From: Eledone cirrhosa
Taxonomy: Eukaryota
Direction of reading: 5' to 3'
NCBI GenBank assembly: GCA_964016885.1
Contig: OZ024745.1
Location: 19,344,001 to 19,408,000 of the forward strand
Length of the DNA stretch: 64,000 bases
The position numbers were made by a program, and so were the translations under genes. The notes beneath the pieces were generated by a model. It had not been told where the DNA came from. It saw nothing but the letters and a program-made list of their open reading frames with translations, and made no database searches. This document shows positions 59,410 through 64,000 of the stretch, one piece after another. How positions within the stretch are numbered: the stretch's first letter is position 1; each line of letters opens with the position of its first letter.

Positions 59410-60600
59410 ACATCTCTCCTCGCTGACCTCGATACTTGTATCCGAGCAGCAGCCGAGGGGATATGCAAGGTCAAGTTTGACGACATGGGGTGGCAACAGG
59501 CCTCTTTACCGGTCAGGTATAGCGGCCTTGCCCTCTGGTCCCCGATCTCACTAGCTTTTCCGGCGTATCTTTCGTTGGTAACCTCGTGCCGCGTCCTCGT
59601 CAGCAGGGTTCTTCAAAACACAACAGAATCCTCTGTGTTCAGAGAGCGTGAGGCCGCCTGTGAGACGTGAGACCGGCTGGGACTTAACCCAGTAGACGGC
59701 CCTCTTCCTTCTCCCCCTGTTGACGTCAAGTCCCCCCAACGCACTTGGGATGCCATCCAGTGCAGCCTGGCCTCAGACAGGCTCACGCGCCAGCTCGACC
59801 AGCACCGCCTTGCTTGTTTTCGTGCGGCCTCCAAACCCCACAGTGGTGGCTGGCTCCATGCCCTGCCCTCCTTCCCTACTGGCATGCAGCTAGACAACCA
59901 TAGCCTGCGAATCGGCGTTTCCCTGAGGCTCGGCCTCCGGATCTGCCAGCCACACCAATGTCGCTGTGGTTCCACCGTGGACTCTTTCGGCCTCCACCCG
60001 CTTTCCTGTCGCCACAGTACCGGCCGCATTCCACGCCATGCTGCCCTCAACGAGGTCATTAAGCATGGCTTGGACGCTGCAGGCTTCCCTTCCCAGCTCG
60101 AGCCGGTGGGGCTGGATCGAGAGGGCGGCAAAAGGCCAGATGGCATGACCATCTTCCCGTTCCGCGGTGGCAAACCCCTCGTCTGGGATGCCACTTGCAC
60201 CGACACTTTCTGAAGCCACAACCTGGTGCAGTCTGCGACTGACCCAGTTTCTGCTGCACGTCGGGCTGAGGGGGCCAAACTCCTCAAATACCGGTCGCTC
60301 TCCGACAGGTTTGCGGTCGTTCCCCTGGCAGTGGAGACTTCTGGTGTTCTCGGCCCCAGGGCTACCTCCTTACTCACCACCATAGGCACTGAGCTGGCCA
60401 GCCGCAGGTGTGAGCCCCGCGAGTTGGAGTGGCTTTTCCAGCGCGTCTCCCTTGCCGTCCTCCTGGGAAACGCCTTCTCCATTCTGTCCGCCGGGACTGT
60501 CGGTGGGCCCCATCGCGTACCAATACATTAGTTACGTATTCATCTGATACAACACAATAAAGACCGCACCAAATAAAAAATAAATAAATTTAAAAAAAAT
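59410..60600 (+). pseudogene. CRE-like non-LTR retrotransposon 3' part (zinc knuckle + restriction-like endonuclease)
   Basis: WQQASLPVRY, RIGVSLRLG, CRC...H..SC, RHAALN, RPDG, WD, KLLKY, PLAVETSGVLG and LFQRVS..GNA in one frame with two TGA stops (59668, 60211). AATAAA and an A-rich end follow. Confidence 0.8.
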
Positions 60601-62169
60601 GAAGTAAATGATGGAACATATAAGGAATTAATAACGAAAAATAAAAATTAATAAAAACCAAATTAAATAACGAAATAAAAAGTGAATAAAGTTTGTATGA
60701 CAGAAGCAGGGACGGCTTAAAATTATGATCGAGTGCAAATACAATGAAACAGTTTGTATCATAGAAGCAGGGGTAACTTTGTATTAAAGAATCGTGGTGG
60801 AGAATTGGTAGAATTGTTAGTGTCAGGTACTTATTCTTGATCCCCGTGTTCTGAGTTCAAATATTGCTGAGATCAAATTTGACTTCCAGGGATCAATAAG
60901 ATAAAGTACTATTAGTCCAGAACAGTGGGGTTTGGTAGAGTTTTTGGAGTGATGATGTTGAAGGGGATGGTGGTAATGATGATGATGATGATGATATTTA
61001 AGGCCCTTCTTTCCTCTCTCGGGACTCAAAAGCAATCTCGTTTCAAAGAGCGATCCGTAAATGTCTTATTCCTCATTTCAACACCCATGCATTTTGAGAG
61101 GGGCTCCCTCAGGACCCAAAAGCTTTGTCATTCCATCTCGTAAAGTTTCTCTTGGAGAATCTGATCGTCATTAGGACAACTCTAATGGAGCAAAACTAAG
61201 TGAATCGATGATTGCCTTGCTCCGAATATACAAGAATTTTATCCGGAAAACCACAGAGTACGTTCTGTTAATAATTTGGATATGTTTCACTCTCTCCACA
61301 ACTCCATCTATCCCTCTCATTGTTGTTGTTATTGTTGTTTAACTCCCAGCTGCATCATCAAGCAGACCAACGTATATTTTATGGGTTTATCTAAGACTAC
61401 AATATTCCAATTGTCCTTTCCTTATTTAACATACTGGAGTTCAATTTTAGGAAGATTTGGCTCTTATTTCCAGCAAATTTAACAATTTTGTAGAGGATCC
61501 CGTATACATGTTATTTTGATTTTAGCCGCCCTAGTCGAGCAGACATATTACCAAAGGCGTTCAATCCATGGCCTCCACGTCTTTTTTCCATATGTATAAG
61601 GAACCTAGGACAAAATTATCTAATTTATCCTTTTCTAACGCAGCAGGAGTGAGATTTGGGGGAGGTTTGATTCCTATTTTTAACAGAGCAAGCGATTACG
61701 TATTCATGTAGATTCTAGTGGCTACAATGGAAGTAGGTGAGATGTACTCGAACAGAGCGCCACCAACATTTGCTGTTTCTAGTCCAGCAAAGTATTTGTA
61801 GCTAATGATAGTAATGATGTTATTTTGACGTCTACGTGGTTTTTTATGTATGCTTGGGATGAGTGGAGGGGGTATATTACATGATGTAGTAGTATTCTGG
61901 TGTGTTGCCAATATGTGTGTAAGTTTGCTATCCATGCTCTGCCAGAGATTGGGTGTGTGAACGCGGGTGAATAGGCGACCAATTGGCACAGTCAGAGTGT
62001 TAGAATTGTTTGCAGTATTTTTTTCCGTATTTCAGCGGTTTAATTTTAAGTACCATCTTTCTGGGGTTGTACCAGGTGTTTAGTAGTGTCCTAGTAAGGG
62101 CCAGACTTTCACCTGCTCAGTCCTTAAGCTATATGAAGTTTGAAGATCTATATATATATATATATATAT

Positions 62170-62488
62170 ATATTGGCCTTGCAATCGAAAGGTTGTGAGT
62201 TCAATTCTCAGACCGGGTGATGTGTTGTTTCCTTGAGCAAGACACTTTATTTCACATTGCTCCAGTTTACTCAGCTGTAGAAATGAGATGATAGGGACTG
62301 GGGTCCCTATTATTCCACTGCAAAGTGGTCGTGGAGGTGCCATGGCAAAAAAAAAGCACCCAGCACTCACTGTAAATGAGGTTGGTGTTAGGAAGGGCAT
62401 CCAGCTGTAGAAATCAAGCCAGAATCAGTTCCCGTCCCACCCTTGCAAGCAAGGAAAAGCGGACGTAAAATGATGATGATGATGATGA

Positions 62489-62492
<4 letters not shown>
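62170..62492 (+). mobile_element. SINE family S2
   Basis: Near-identical to 6085-6415, with a (GAT)n tail. Confidence 0.8.
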
Positions 62493-63076
<584 letters not shown>

Positions 63077-63135
63077 ATATATATATATATAATAAATTAA
63101 GAGTGAATAACCAATTAAGACATCTACCATAATTT

Positions 63136-63223
63136 TACTCTACGCAGGTTTCAATGTATAGCAGCCGGCCATACCTCAATATATTTGGATTTTAGTCTGC
63201 TGGTCTACATATCTTCAGGAATA
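63136..63223 (-). ncRNA. Hammerhead motif with extended stem II
   Basis: Minus strand reads TATTC-CTGAAGA-TATGTA...TACATT-GAAA-CCTGCG-TA-GAGTA, with a GUA site and a 5-bp stem I. Confidence 0.65.
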
Positions 63224-63350
63224 CAAATATTGTCATAAGATTAAAAAAAAACACACACACACATAAACATATACACACACACATAAATATACACATACAT
63301 AAACACACACATACATACACATACACACACACACATACATATATATATAT

Positions 63351-63547
63351 TACGAAGGAAGTGTGGTAAGGAACCAGGTGGACCATAACGCACCAGAGTA
63401 CTCGATACTTTGGGTAGTAGAGTGGGTAATAGGAAAAGGTTCAGGAACCCGACGGCAGAGCTCAAGCCGTTCCGACGCTATTTTAGTCCAGAAATAGCCG
63501 TCGAAACGGCTTGAGCTCTGCCGTAGGGGTCCTGAACCTTTTCCTAT
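63351..63547 (-). mobile_element. Fold-back element family P1, copy D
   Basis: Arms ~63429-63483 / 63492-63547. The same tail as copies A-C. Confidence 0.75.
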
Positions 63548-64000
63548 ATATATGTAATCTGAGTTTTTCGAATATTAATAATAACAGTCGATTCGTTTGC
63601 AATGTTGCAAACAAGCCTCAATTCTATAGCCATGTCAGTAGAATGAATCCTTCATTCTTGCTCTTGTGTTGGCATGTGAACAGAACTGCAGACACTAATG
63701 TTTCTGGGTATCACCCTTCATCAGTACAGCTCACTGTTCACCAGCCAAACTGTCAGAGCCAGTGAAAATATATGCTATTTTCAAAAATACACAGTGACTG
63801 ATCGGCCTGATTTGCATATTAGCAGACTGGCTGATCAGTCAGATCTGCATATTAGCAGATCCACTGCTCAGCCAGATTTCGAATGTTATTATTAATATTA
63901 CGTGGTTGATAAAATAAAGTACCAGTAATGCACTGGGTAATTGCTGGCCTTGTGCCTAAAGTAGAAACAGTTATTATTAATATTCGAATGTTATTATTTA

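Noticed and set aside
61696-61989. 97-aa minus-strand ORF in unique sequence
   Set aside because: No recognisable motif, no in-frame ATG at its start and no convincing splice acceptor.

Overview
Repeat-saturated eukaryotic DNA, most likely from an octopod cephalopod (inferred from the tRNA-derived SINE family and the microsatellite load). I found no confidently identifiable host gene. The window holds an ~850-bp satellite; 41-, 52-, 60- and 84-bp minisatellites; very long simple repeats; and three SINE families. Non-LTR retrotransposons include a near-intact Tx1/L1-type ORF2 with one frameshift, two RTE-type relics (one with a PHD-like finger inside the RT), CR1-like fragments and a CRE-like RLE element. 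Helitron-like and TIR MITEs are also present. The most notable signal is a set of at least eight sequence-unrelated short non-coding elements, stacked in (TA)n tracts at about 17-20 kb, 36.5-39.3 kb and 62.5-63.5 kb. Each carries a minimal type-I hammerhead ribozyme or its 3' half, and most form fold-back palindromes whose axis lies in or next to the ribozyme. They resemble Penelope-like pLTR remnants or retrozyme-like elements. One family carries a U3-A8 covariant core. Most long ORFs in the track are translations of simple repeats and were rejected. All structures were read by eye, with no searches or folding runs.
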